DNA from: Carcharhinus amblyrhynchos
Taxonomy: Eukaryota
DNA: 64,000 nt
NCBI GenBank assembly: GCA_965287045.1
Contig: OZ336883.1
Coordinates: 21,390,001-21,454,000 of the forward strand
Reading direction: 5' to 3'
Within the stretch, counting starts at the first letter, position 1. Every line of letters starts with the position of its first letter. The notes beneath the pieces are model-generated. The model was not told the origin of the DNA and did no database searches. It saw only the letters and a list, made by a program, of their open reading frames with translations. Below, piece by piece: positions 50,751-62,724 of the stretch. The position numbers and the translations under genes are program-made.

Positions 50751-53700
50751 CTTATTGGAAATTGTAAAGCAAAGAGTATTAATTGAACTGCACAATACAT
50801 TCAGGCAAGCCATACAGTCAGTGTTTTTGGTTACTGCATTACAGAAAAAAACAGGCAATGGATAAAGTTTATAGAAACAGAAATTGTTCTGGCTTTTCAT
50901 CATTGAGTTGTGAAGAGATGCCAAAAGAACTCAATTTACTCTCATTGGAAAATGACTAAAGGAATGTAATCTTAACCAAATACATTAGGTTTCTGCTAGG
51001 TAGAATTTTGTTGTGAAAAACCAGTCAAAGGAAAGCAGACAGCTTGATTTCAAAATGGCAGAAACTGCAATTTATTTATTTGTTCCTCTTTGAATGACCC
51101 TCTCTCGCATTCCCATCCCTGCCATTCTTGGAAGGAATTGATGCATTTCTGGGTGCAGTATTTTCCCATTTTTGTGTTTCTTTTACCATGACTATTCAGA
51201 AGCTGTTCCATCACAGTTTTTCTCCTGCCAATCCAATTCTGCCCTCTTCTGACATCCTCCTGCTGTTACTTGCAGCAGTACTTGACCACCTTCTGGTGGG
51301 AAATGTTCAGGCCATTTGTTGAATTGTATCAAGTGTCCCTTTCTCCAGACTGAGATGGGCCAGCTGGTTACAAACAAGAGTACAAGAATCTCTTTTGAAT
51401 AAATTTGCTTCATCACCAAAGAAGCCAGTGATTATAGTCTCAGCAAACATCTTTATCTGTATTCGTTCTTCACACACATTCAGCTTGGATCTGACATTCA
51501 ACAGAAAATGACAGGCCAACTGTTAGCATTGCTGATTGTACCTTATAAGGGGAAAGGTGATCAGCCAGCATTGTGGCAACCCCAAGTAAAATGGGAGAAG
51601 CCAAAAGATGAAGATTGTAGCTTTGTGTGATTGTATATAAGTGATGGAAATTTGTAGCTCAGTTCCTTTTCTTCAGTTGTGCCCAGCAGCATCTCATTGT
51701 TGCTTTCTAATAACAAAGGTCCCTGTATAGTCTGTCTGTTTATCAATTCAGTTTGCTATCACAACAAGATCCTGTCATTTACCCCATTAACAAAGCAACA
51801 AGGTTTAATGGGCCAAACAGACTTCCAGATATTTTTGTGCCTGACAATTTTTGGTTTTCGTCACTCTTTTAATGTTAATTTCCTGCCCTTTCCATATTTG
51901 AACTTCTGCGGCATGCAAGGTCTGTTACCAAAAGGTGGCAAGCTACTGGAACCAGTAACTTGAAGATGTGCAATTTCCGTTCAGTTTCCTCATGGATAAG
52001 ATTGCAATTTTATTTTTCTGCAGTGTTCCAATTATAAAACTGAATTCATTTTTTGGCAGTTTTGCCAGTGTATATAGCAATGTGATTAAGTCTCAACTGC
52101 CCTCTAAACAAGGGCAGTTGGGGATGGGCAATAAATGCTGGCCAGCCAGTGATGCCCATGTCCCACTAAAAAAAAATGCTGCTGAGCAAATACATTTCAG
52201 GGAGTCTGTTTTTAAATGAAGTTTGACGATCGATATTATACAAACAATTACAAAATGAAGTATTTTGGAACAGAACTCCAGCTGTTGTACATTGTTTTCA
52301 ATTCAAATGTTTCAGAACTAGCAAAAGAAAGGTATATTTAAAATAGGTTAGATTTATAGTTTAGGAAGTGGATTGACTTGGCAGGGAATGAGCTACATTA
52401 ACTAGATTGATTACCATCATCAGAGGAGGGAGGTTATTCAGTGAGCTGGTTGACATGATATAAACAATAGGTCCCAAAGGGAAATGGAAATTATTCTGAA
52501 TAACAGGGTTAAGTCAGCTGGGCTAACTGGCCTTATTTCACATTTCTATAGGTATTTAATTACTTTGTCATGAGTACAGAACGGCCTAACTTGACCTGAT
52601 TCCATAAATTATATGAATGATTGGGAACACAAATGCTGAAATTGTGAAATTCACATAAAAAATGTTGGAAATGCATCTCAGATTAATCATCGTAGAGTCA
52701 TTTCACATGAGGCCTTTTTATTGGAACTATTTATCATTGGGAAACCATCCACTAGATTGCAGTTGTAATGGAATTAGTGTAAAATTAAATTGCATGTAAA
52801 ACTGGTCTAGCTTTTGTATTCTACAGCAGTAAGTGGACTTTTTTTTTATAAAGGATATTATTCAGGCAATCTACTGAGTTTAAGATTTTCCCCAATTAAA
52901 ACTGGACCGATTTTCCAAACGTGACAACTGTATATATGTCTCATTTTTGAAAACGTATGCCTTCCTCTACCTTTAGTGGACACCCCTTTTCCTTTTGTGG
53001 ATTGTACTCTAGTAATTTGTCAAATTGAATTCCCTGATTGTCCATCAGTTAAATGTCACGTAGTGTGTGACTGAACTTACAGAAAGTCCCAGTCTCACTC
53101 ACTCGCTCACTTAGTTACTTGGTGTGAGCCATGGCAGTAAATAATTGCTGCTAAAGTTAGGAAGGAGGGAATGCAATTGGGTTGCAATCCAGTCACTACT
53201 TCTGGACATGCATGTTTGTGAATATTGGTTGGATGGGAATTTGGATTTGTCTGTGATGCCCCACCCACGTTTTGACATCTCCTGGCAGTCTTTTGCATGA
53301 ATACTGGGTTCAGTTACTGCCTCTAGGAAGGAAAGGTAAAAAGGCAGGGTGGATGTATATTTTCAAGACTAGCAAAGATGATCTCTGTAAACAAACTGTA
53401 AAATAAGAACCGTGCCACTTCATGCAGTAATTAAACATCAACTATATCCTGAGTATAGAATTCTAATGTTTTACCAATTGCATCATTTCATATATAATTT
53501 TAACCATTGATGTATCCAGAGTCCAGTATGACCACTGAGGCTCTTAATCTGAATTGCTATAGCCTTCTTTGAAAAGCACTTGTACTGTCGTACATGAGTT
53601 GACCTGTGTGTTGTGCCATACAATGGTAAGCTTTGTACCAAGATTTCCAACATGGAAACTTCCCAATCATTGAATAGATGTGAAGAACCATGAAAGGGAA

Positions 53701-53969
53701 AGATCAGTTCAATCTGCTCACTCAGCCTTGTGTCATAATAATGGCAAAAATATTGGCACAGGCCGATATTTACCATTACCAATGTTGCATAGGTACCTGA
53801 AGAGGTAGAGAACCGCTTAAATGACATTGAACAGAATTCATATAATGGGAAGAAAATTAAACACTTTTGTAAGTTTGGTTGATTCTTGTACATCACAATT
53901 GAACTGTAACATTTTAAGCAGTTGAATTGATTCCATTTTAATAATGTAATCTTATTAATGAATCTCTAG

Positions 53970-54102
53970 GTTTTGGGCAAGGACCAGAAAATTCAGGGGT
54001 GACTTCATCTCAGAGTGCTATTGCACAATCTTCAAGAACAATTCATACCGAAACTCCTTCAGCAGAAGAACTACGAAGACACAGACAAGCATACTTTGAA
54101 AG
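53970..54102 (+). CDS. ATXN3: ATXN3 exon 9, FGQGPENSGVTSSQSAIAQSSRTIHTETPSAEELRRHRQAYFE(R) (VCP-binding-motif region)
   Basis: tag acceptor, phase 1. Ends in the homologue of EELRKRREAYFEK, followed by a GC donor AG|gcaagc. Confidence 0.9.
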
Positions 54103-55289
54103 GCAAGCAGACCATAGATTTGTACCACTCCAAAACTTGGTTTAATGTCCACGATAGAAAGTGTGTGACTTTGCCTCTTTGAGGATCTAATTTCTTTACA
54201 CCTTTAGCAGTATTAACACGTCAGTTTTTCTGAAGCTTTTTTATTCTTGTTTAATGTTGACTTTGCAGATGTATTTATTTCGATTATCTTTTGTGCACAT
54301 TAAAACAAGAAACATTGAAGTGAGAACTGAGAATTTCATTTGACACATCAGTGCCAGCATTGAAGACTTGACAATTTGACATATACCATTAGCTGCAGTG
54401 GAAAGTAGCTTGCTTGTTCCTTTTCTCCCTACTCTGGTCTCAGCCATTTCTGAACCCTCGTCTCAAAAGAAGATAGTACTTTTACAGATAAGAGAAATTA
54501 CTGGGAATACTCAGCAGGTCAGACAATAGTTGTAGAATTTCTTTTTCACAACTGCCACCTGACCTGCTGAATATCAGCAGCCTTTTCTATTTTTGCAGAT
54601 TTCCAACATCTGCAGTATTTTGCTTTTGGCATAATTTTACAAGTTTGAATGGTGTTCAGTTTCTTCCAGCCATCTGAGTGAAATTACATACAATCAAGAT
54701 TAGGTCATTGTGCCTGTTCTGACTCCTTTGTTAGCTGCGATAACACTACTATTCCATTTCCAATTCCCTGCCCTCCATGTTCCTTAATACATCGCCTTCC
54801 AAATTAATTATCTACATTCATTTTCAATCCTTAATTGATTCTGCATCTGTAGTTTATTATTTGTTTTCACAGTCGCACAGTTCTTCTGTGTGAAGAAATG
54901 TTTCCTGGATTTGCTTTTCGTCAGCTTAGTCTGAATTTAGAGATCTCATGCGTTTTTAATATTTTAAATTCTTCAATAGATAACCCCTTAACTTGCCAAA
55001 GAATATTATCCATTATCTAGTCTCTCATAGTTAAGTCCTTTCACCCCAGGTATCATCCTGTGAATTATTACTGGGTTCCTTTCGAGGTCAATTTATTACT
55101 CAATTAGATGCCAAAAACTGGTCACAGTATTCCATATCAAGGCAAGTCAATGAAATAATATCTCATAACATTGAAATGTCAGACTTTTTCTGATGAGGCT
55201 TGGAATCCTGCTGGTCCTTTGCTTCACATTTGCACTTGTCAATTGACATTTCCCTAAATTTTTTTATCCATTTATTCCTTCTCGCAAGC

Positions 55290-56045
55290 AGCAAGACCTG
55301 GACAATATTCAGCCTTGGGCTGATATGTAGCAGGTAACATTTGTGTCACAAGTTTTGGGCAATAATATCCCTAACAGGGGAGAATCTTACTATTTCCTCT
55401 TGTTGTTCAACTGCATTGGTATCACTGTATCCCCCACTATTAACATCCATTGACCAGAAAATTTATTGGATGAGTGATAAAAATATTGTGACTACATGAA
55501 CAAATTAGAGGTTGGGAACACTGTAGTGAGACTCCCCAAAGTTGTCCACCATTTACAAAGGAGTGTGATGAAATTCTGTCTATTTGCCTGGATGAGTGCA
55601 ACCCCAACTACACCTGAGAAGTTCAACACCATCCAGCACAAAGCAGTTGGCTTCGGCTATCCACTAACATCTTCACTCCCTCCATCTTTGGTGCAAAGTG
55701 GCTGTTGTGTGCACTGCAGTAACTCACTATAAGAGTCTTTTGACAGAATCATCCAAACACATAACCTCTACCACCTCGAAGGACAAAGGCAATAGATGCA
55801 TAGGAACACGACAACCTGCAGGTTCCCCTTCATGCTACTTGGAAATATCCCAATTTGGAAATATATCACCATTTCTTCATTTGCAGAATTAAAATCAAGA
55901 GACTCCCTCCTAAACTGCATTGTGGACACATGCACCAGATGGGCTATAATGGTGAAAGAAGGCAACTTACCACCACCTGAGAGGGGAATCAGAGGGAGGC
56001 CACTTTTGCTGGCCTTGCCAGCAATGTTCACATTCCATGAACAAA
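55290..56045 (+). mobile_element. LINE 3' fragment of a further family (tail ...caccaccacct..gaggggcaatt...gctggcc), with related pieces at 23340-23420, 52095-52170 and 30300-31320 (-)
   Basis: Shared tail motif at several loci, and ORF-like remnants (WMSA.PTT...NTIQ.KA). Confidence 0.6.
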
Positions 56046-56676
56046 TGTAACAAGAAGAAGTGACATCTATGAACTTTTCCAGTGAATGCCAATTTAGGAG
56101 TGTTTTTGTTCTGTTAACCCACATTCCATGAGGAACTAGTCCTGACAGGCAAACAGAGAAACTAGGAGTAGGCACTCGACCCTTTGAGCCTACTTCACCT
56201 TTCAATGTGATGATGGCTGATTGCCTAACTCAATGCCCTATTCCCGCTTTCTCCCATGCCCCTTGATACCATTAAAATCTAAATCAACAGATTGGTCATT
56301 TGACCGAATAGAATCCAGACCTCATAAATAATTTGATAATCTAGTGCATCCAATCGATGAAAAACCCTGTGCAAAAAGAGTAAACACGTTCCAGTCTCAA
56401 ATCTCCCCCAAAATCCTACATTTGTCCAGTGCAGATGTTAAAAGATAAATATTTTCAAATAAATCATGACGCTCCTTAAAAGTTAAAATTATTTAAAACT
56501 TGTAGTGCTTTTTTATAAATAAAAATATATATTTTGTATGTATATATCACATGTTAAAACAATAATCAACACTGTTCACATGTAATTTAACCCAGTAGAG
56601 AGTGCCTGGCTGCATTACAGAACAGTGCAAGTACTGCTAGGCTTATTATACAATATATATATTTTGTTCCAAACAG

Positions 56677-56750
56677 AAAGCAATGTGTACAAACAGAAAT
56701 TTCGGATCATCCAGAAAAACAAAGCTCTGCAATACCGAAGCCAAATTTGG
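56677..56750 (+). CDS. ATXN3: ATXN3 exon 10 (polyQ exon equivalent), KQCVQTEISDHPEKQSSAIPKPNL
   Basis: 74 nt, cag/gtatgt. Phases 2/1 join exons 9 and 11. Weak similarity to the mammalian post-polyQ segment. Confidence 0.78.
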
Positions 56751-57104
56751 GTATGTTTCCTGGTATTTTAATCCTACTGAATAAATAATACGATGTAAAA
56801 TACATACATTTTGTTATATGCTGTAAAGCTTGTAATCCTTTTTAATAAAGTCCTGCATACAAAAATTAGATTAAAGAATTCCTGAGGAGCCAAGATGTAG
56901 ATTTTTAATTTTGGTTTTGCTGTGAGGCACCAATTGGAGTTGATAGTAATTATTATGGACCACATCCTACTAATTTCACAAGTGATAACTTGTGTTTAAC
57001 ATAAGCGGGACCCAAGATGCATGACAAGAGAATAAATTAAAATTTGGCATCGAGCCACAAGATATGAAAAGGGAGGACCAAACACTTGGTCACAGGTAGG
57101 TTTA

Positions 57105-57560
57105 ATGGCAAATGTGGCAAAGTGGGATACCACAGGGTCGAATGCTTGGACCCCAGCTATTCACAATACATATCAATGACTTGAATGTCGGCGTCTAATG
57201 CAAGTTTCTAAGTTTGCTGAAGACACAAAACAAGGTGGGAATGTGAGTGGTAAGGAGGATCTAAAAAAACTTAAGATGATTTAGATAAGTTGAGAGAGTG
57301 GGTAATTGCACAGCAGATGCAGTATAACAAGGATAAGTATGAAGTTATCCATGTCGGTAGGAAGAACGGAATGGCACAGTATTATTTAAATGGCGATAGA
57401 TTGGGAAATGTTAATGTAGAAAGGGACCTGGGTGTCGTATTACACTAGTCACTGAAAACCAGTGCAGCAAGCGGTTAGGAAGGCAAATGGTATGTTGGCC
57501 TTCACTGCAAGAGGACTCGAGTACCTGAGCAAAGATGTCATACTGAAGCTGTACAGGACA
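57105..57560 (+). mobile_element. Decayed CR1-like RT fragment
   Basis: G.PQGS.LGP.LF.IYINDL and SKFA(D)DTK remnants. Confidence 0.75.
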
Positions 57561-58876
57561 TTTTGCTCTCTCTGTACTGAGGAAGAAGGACAGAATACCT
57601 GAAGAGAACGAACTGTTAATAACAAGAGAAAAGGATGTGGTTCTCATGGACAACATGAGCTCAGAGAGGGTGTGAGGAGAGATGGGGAGGAAGTTGAAAG
57701 CTCAGAGTTATGTCAGGATTGAATCTTAAAAAAAGTTTGGCCAGGTGGGCTAATGAAAAGGTGGCTAAGGTACTAATCAGTTAGTCTCAGTCTTAGTGAC
57801 AAAGAAGTGCACAAGTGCTTTGCATTTGTTTGGGTGAGGGTGGAGGTGATGAGAAAGGTGTTTCAGAAGATGTTTTCAGTAGAGGAAAGAAACTGGGGCT
57901 ATCTTTGCATTTCAGGTTAATTCTGAAATAACTGGCTGTTTGGTAGACAAAAGCAGGGCTTGATACTGTTTTATGTGGTGCAGCCAGATCTGGTCATGAA
58001 TGGTTAAACCATTTGAATGCCATATCTTTTCAAGGCTATGCCCTTGTACTTACAGTAACAGAGAAGAAGGCCACGCCAGGTGAATTGGCCATGGTAAGAG
58101 AGAGTAATGGTTTTAATTAGAACTAGGTTATCGAAGATAGAGATGAGGGTGCACTAGGCCGATCTGTGACTGAGCAAGAAATGTTACAGTAAATGGAGGG
58201 CCAAGGTTCGATAGTTGGGATTTTGGAAGTCCAGTCCAGTGCAGAATGAAACCCTTCTGGAGGCCCAGTTGTAAGTGACATGTTTATTTCAGAGACAGCT
58301 GCAGAAGGAAGTGGGTTTCAGAGGTGGAATGAGGATGTGGTTGGGGACACAAGGGGGTGATCAATTGGCCTTATCAGTGGTTAAGATGATAGAGTAGAGG
58401 CCATGTGAAACGGCAGGGTCAGGGTTATACAACTTGGCAAATCCACCTTGCAGGTGATGAATTCTAAGGAGACATTGCGTGATGGATTGAGACAGAATTG
58501 GAAATCATCAAGGATAGGTAGTTGCTCAGCACAGAAACATCCCTGAGAGAAACTGGTACTTGGACAATGCCCATTTGTTATGCCCAGATTATTGTGGTGG
58601 CAAATTATATGTTGGTCTGTTCTCTTACTCCCTTGGCACTTTCTTCTCCTTTTGAGCATCTCATCTTTTCAAAATCTTCACTCTCTTTACTGCCCTCAAG
58701 TTTCTCCAATATCTTCACTGCTTTCCTCGTTCAGCTTCCGCACCAAGTAGCATAGCAAAGCTAAAAATGAAGGTTAAAAAAATCAGGTTTTTCAAGGTAT
58801 AGATGAGGGCACCCTTCCTTCATTGACTTATAAAAGTTGTGATACTTAAAACCAATTTTTTTTCCTTTATTAATAG

Positions 58877-58968
58877 CTAGCGTGACTGAACAAGAACTGC
58901 CTCAAGCAGATGTGTTGAAATCACTAGAAGATGGTGCCAATGATAATTCAAAGGGGAAAGGAAGTTAA
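58877..58968 (+). CDS. ATXN3: ATXN3 exon 11, ASVTEQELPQADVLKSLEDGANDNSKGKGS* (degenerate UIM3)
   Basis: Long pyrimidine tract plus tag acceptor. Aligns with human DAMSEEDMLQAAVTMSLETVRNDLKTEGKK. Total CDS is 1083 nt = 360 aa + stop. Confidence 0.85.
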
Positions 58969-61615
58969 TACGAAAATGAATCTACAGTATTCCCATTACT
59001 GATATACTTGTACTACATTCCCCTTGTATCTCAACCACAAAGACAAATATACATGTTTTCAGAGAGAACAAAGATTATGTTCACTCTTGATGCAAAGAGC
59101 ATTGTGGTTGACTTATGGGATCATTTGTGGTATAAATCTACAAGATTTTCAGTTTGTGGTCTTCAATTGTCGCACCTTATCTTCCAAAAAGCCCTCTTTG
59201 TACACAACATGGTTGAGTAAATTACAGGAGAGAGTTGAAAGATTTTTGTACCCATTAAAAATCTTGAGTTTTTGGCATTATCTGATTCAATTGTACAACC
59301 AATGATGGGATCTAAGAAAACAAATGTTGATGTGTTTACTTTTTGAAAATAAACTTGTATAAAGCCCTTAACTGTTGCCTATGTCAGAATCAGGTCCATT
59401 TTAAACTCTGGACATGTCAAGGGGGATAGTATGCAACAAGCACTTGAGCTTTGTGGGGTTTGTTTGATGCTTGAAAGTTTGCAGAGCTGTTTTTGCTTTG
59501 GTTGTTGACCTGGTGTTGGTATTTAAATGCTGTTCAATTGTTATAACACACAATTCCTATTCTGTTTTAATGTGTCGTACAAAACCATGCAGATTCTATT
59601 TTCAGACTTTGAACCTGCAGTTTAACCTGTTAACTTCGCTTTTGAGAAGATCATACCAGGGAACATAAATGTATAAAATGGAATTGGGTGAAATAGAGAA
59701 AACTGCACTTGAATGTGAGGTCAACTCTGTTGTTTAAGAGATGTGGTTTCATATCGAGATTTTCACTGGGAAATGTAACAGAGTAGATGCTAGCTGTGTG
59801 CATTTTACTGATTGTATGCTGTATTCCTGATTGTATAATATAAACACAGTTAAAATTGCTGTTTATTGAGACCTTTCATTGCTTACACTACATGCTAATG
59901 TCTGTATGAAGTTCATGTGTTTGTATGGACCAAGATAAAACAGTGTAACCTGTTGTAATCTTTTATCCTTTCTTCTGCATGCTTTAAAAGTCTTAACCTC
60001 TGGCAGATGAGAGTGATTATTTGTCCATCCCTCAAATTTAGGCCTTCTGAATAATGTTGTAGCTATTGTAGCCTAGTGGTAACAGTACTGGAGCTATAAA
60101 TGGGAGGGATTCAATCCCGATGTGCCAGATTCTAATAATAAGTGAGCTTTAACCTGGAAAAATTGACCATGTATATTGCTAGATTTTCATAGAAGTTCAA
60201 CTGGTTCTCTTTTTTGACCAATGGGGAAGAGAACCAACTTCCAATGCTGGACTCTTAATGTCCTCAGCCCAGTAATGTTTCTTTAACTTTGTTGCCCGTA
60301 TCCTAAGAACATGATTTTAACTTGTAAAATGCATTTTTTTAATTAATTTGAGAAAGAATTACTATATTTCATTGCATTCCCTTGTTAGTCTGCCTTTGCC
60401 CAAACATTTTGACATAACCTGGAGCACAGTTTTGAAGGAACCAGCAGCCTTCCTGCACTATGGTGCAAGTGGTATTCTTCACTTACTGGTCTAAACAGTG
60501 CATGTCAATATGGACTGGGACGGGGCGGTGTGATGTGGAGAACTGTGTGGTACAGTAGAATCATGGCTGAGCTGCATTGAAGGAATCGCACATTTTTGAG
60601 CAGAAGCCTGTGAAAGTGGTCAGGATAAGGCTTATTTTCATCACCTTTTCCTTCTCTTTTCAATCACCTAGCCGGGGGACGCTGAGGCTAACTGCAGTAG
60701 GCACATTGATCAGTTGATTCATCTCAATTAAGATGGCAAAGGCCAGAAATGGAACGTGAAATTTTCTTCTTTGTGGCAGAGTGCTAGATCATGCACTACC
60801 TTTAATTATTGACTCACCAGGAAGCTTAGTATTTTCACTTCTAGCAAGAGACACAAATTTGTCATGGAAAATTCTGTAAAAGAATGTCTTAGCCAGATCC
60901 AATCCATAGACTGGAAAGAGTTACCTGACCTCAGTTGGTTTGACAACAGTTAGAATGACTGACCTTGTAGTAGCTAGCGTAACATGGGGAAATCACTCAA
61001 GTCCTCCTTGGTCTCTGATGAGGAACAACCTGTTGCTGATCAAGTATCGAGGCTTATGGGAACAATAGCTTGTATAAGGAGCAAGAGGGTGACTGACTAA
61101 TGCCTGTAGAACTTTACCTCAGTTGTAGTCGATGCTTTTGAGAGGAAAGCATTGAGTCGAAAATGAAAACCAGAACTTGCCTCTTTTTGCAACTTTGTGT
61201 GTTTTTAATAGTGTTGCAATCAAACTATAGCATAACTTGCAACTACTAAAATTCTCTGGCTATTTTATATTTTTAAAAGGTGTGGCAGTGTTTCAAGTGT
61301 TTCCTGAAACAGTTGCAATACTTTTATGTTGGTTGTATTTCTGAAGCTTGGATTTTAAAATCTATCTAATAAAAGTTGCCTAAAGAAAGAAATATTGCAA
61401 TTTTAACTCTGCTTCATTGACAAAATTAAGATTGTAAAGAATGTTGGAAGAAACAATTGTTTCACTTTGTCAAGAAGTTTTATGACGTAAAGTATGATTA
61501 ATTGTGCTTTGCAATGCTTTTTGCGTGTGCACACTGGAGATAAGATGTGTTAGTCTCTAAAATAGTATCCATGTTGCTGTGTATCAAATAAAATTGCATT
61601 TTTGGAGCTTAGCGC
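58969..61615 (+). other. ATXN3: Probable ATXN3 3' UTR region with alternative polyA signals
   Basis: Repeat-poor AT-rich stretch after the stop. AATAAA at 59348, 61368 and 61587, the last followed by a GT/T-rich tract. The true end is unknown. Confidence 0.45.
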
Positions 61616-62437
61616 GTGTGTTTTATTTAACACAAGTGTCAGGAAGTGAAGTGACGTAATGAAGTGATAAGCACGTCTAGCATGTGTGCATGTTTTTGCT
61701 GGTTAAATGCCCAATTCTGTCTTGTGGAGATAATGACCAGAAATTTCCCACCGTGGGAATTGTAGTGGGCAGGACAGAAAATTTGGCAGACCACTGAAAG
61801 GTCTGTTGACCTCTGGCGGGAATTTCCAGTCTTAAGGCGTGTGCAGCTATTAAATCCCATACAGTAGGTCATCTGAATGTCCTCTGTCTAGACTACAAGT
61901 GTGAATGAAATAAGGCAACAGGAAACTGGGAAATATAGATTTTTAAAAATGCTCATTAATAGCAAACCAGCTAATTATTTTGAGCATTTAAGCCAAACAA
62001 AAAGTCACTTAAGATGGGAACGTTTGAACAACATTTTTCTTACCAACTTTGTTAAAGAATAAAGAAATAACTTTGGGGATCGTAAATCCTTTTATAATGT
62101 TTAATTTCATCAGTAGGTTAGGAATTCAAATATATTAAGCAGACAACTAACTGCAACTATGTTTCTTGTGATTATGATTATAGATAAATACTGAATGCTT
62201 TGATCATTTGGCTTTGCAGTTATATCCTTTCTAATCTTTCTGCACCTTGTTCAAATATGCCTATGGAAGCTTTCTATGAATCATCCACAATTATCAAATC
62301 CAGTCGTTCACTAGACATTCTTCACCCAAACATGTTAGTGTTTTATTGATTAATATCTAGTGGTGCGCTCACGCTTGCGGATTTTGTGATGGCCTTATTC
62401 TGTATAGATATTGCTTCCAAGTTTTTGTACACAACCA

Positions 62438-62724
62438 GTGGCACAGTGGTTGGCACTGCCACCTCACAGCGCCAGGGACCGGGTTCAATTCCTGGCTTGA
62501 GTCACTGTGAAGTTTGCACATTTTCCTCATGTCTGCATGCGTTTCCTCCGGGTTATCCGGTTTCCTCCCACAGTCCAAGAGATGTGCGAGTTAGGTGGAT
62601 TGGCCATGCTAAATTCTCCCTTAGTGTACTCAAACAGATGCCAGAGTGTGACGACTAGGAGATTTTCACAGTAACGTCATTGCAGTATTAATGTAAGCCT
62701 ACTTGTGACTAATAAATAAACTTT
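62438..62724 (+). mobile_element. V-SINE/HE1-like SINE, tail B
   Basis: Full head, core and tail B. Confidence 0.9.

Noticed and set aside
42539-53969. Possible nested gene in the 11.4-kb ATXN3 intron 8 (for example ORFs 51307-51519 and 53483-53896 on -)
   Set aside because: No recognisable domain and no coherent exon chain. I cannot exclude a diverged element without a search.
61735-61830. Short imperfect inverted repeat, possibly a MITE remnant
   Set aside because: Too degenerate to define the ends.
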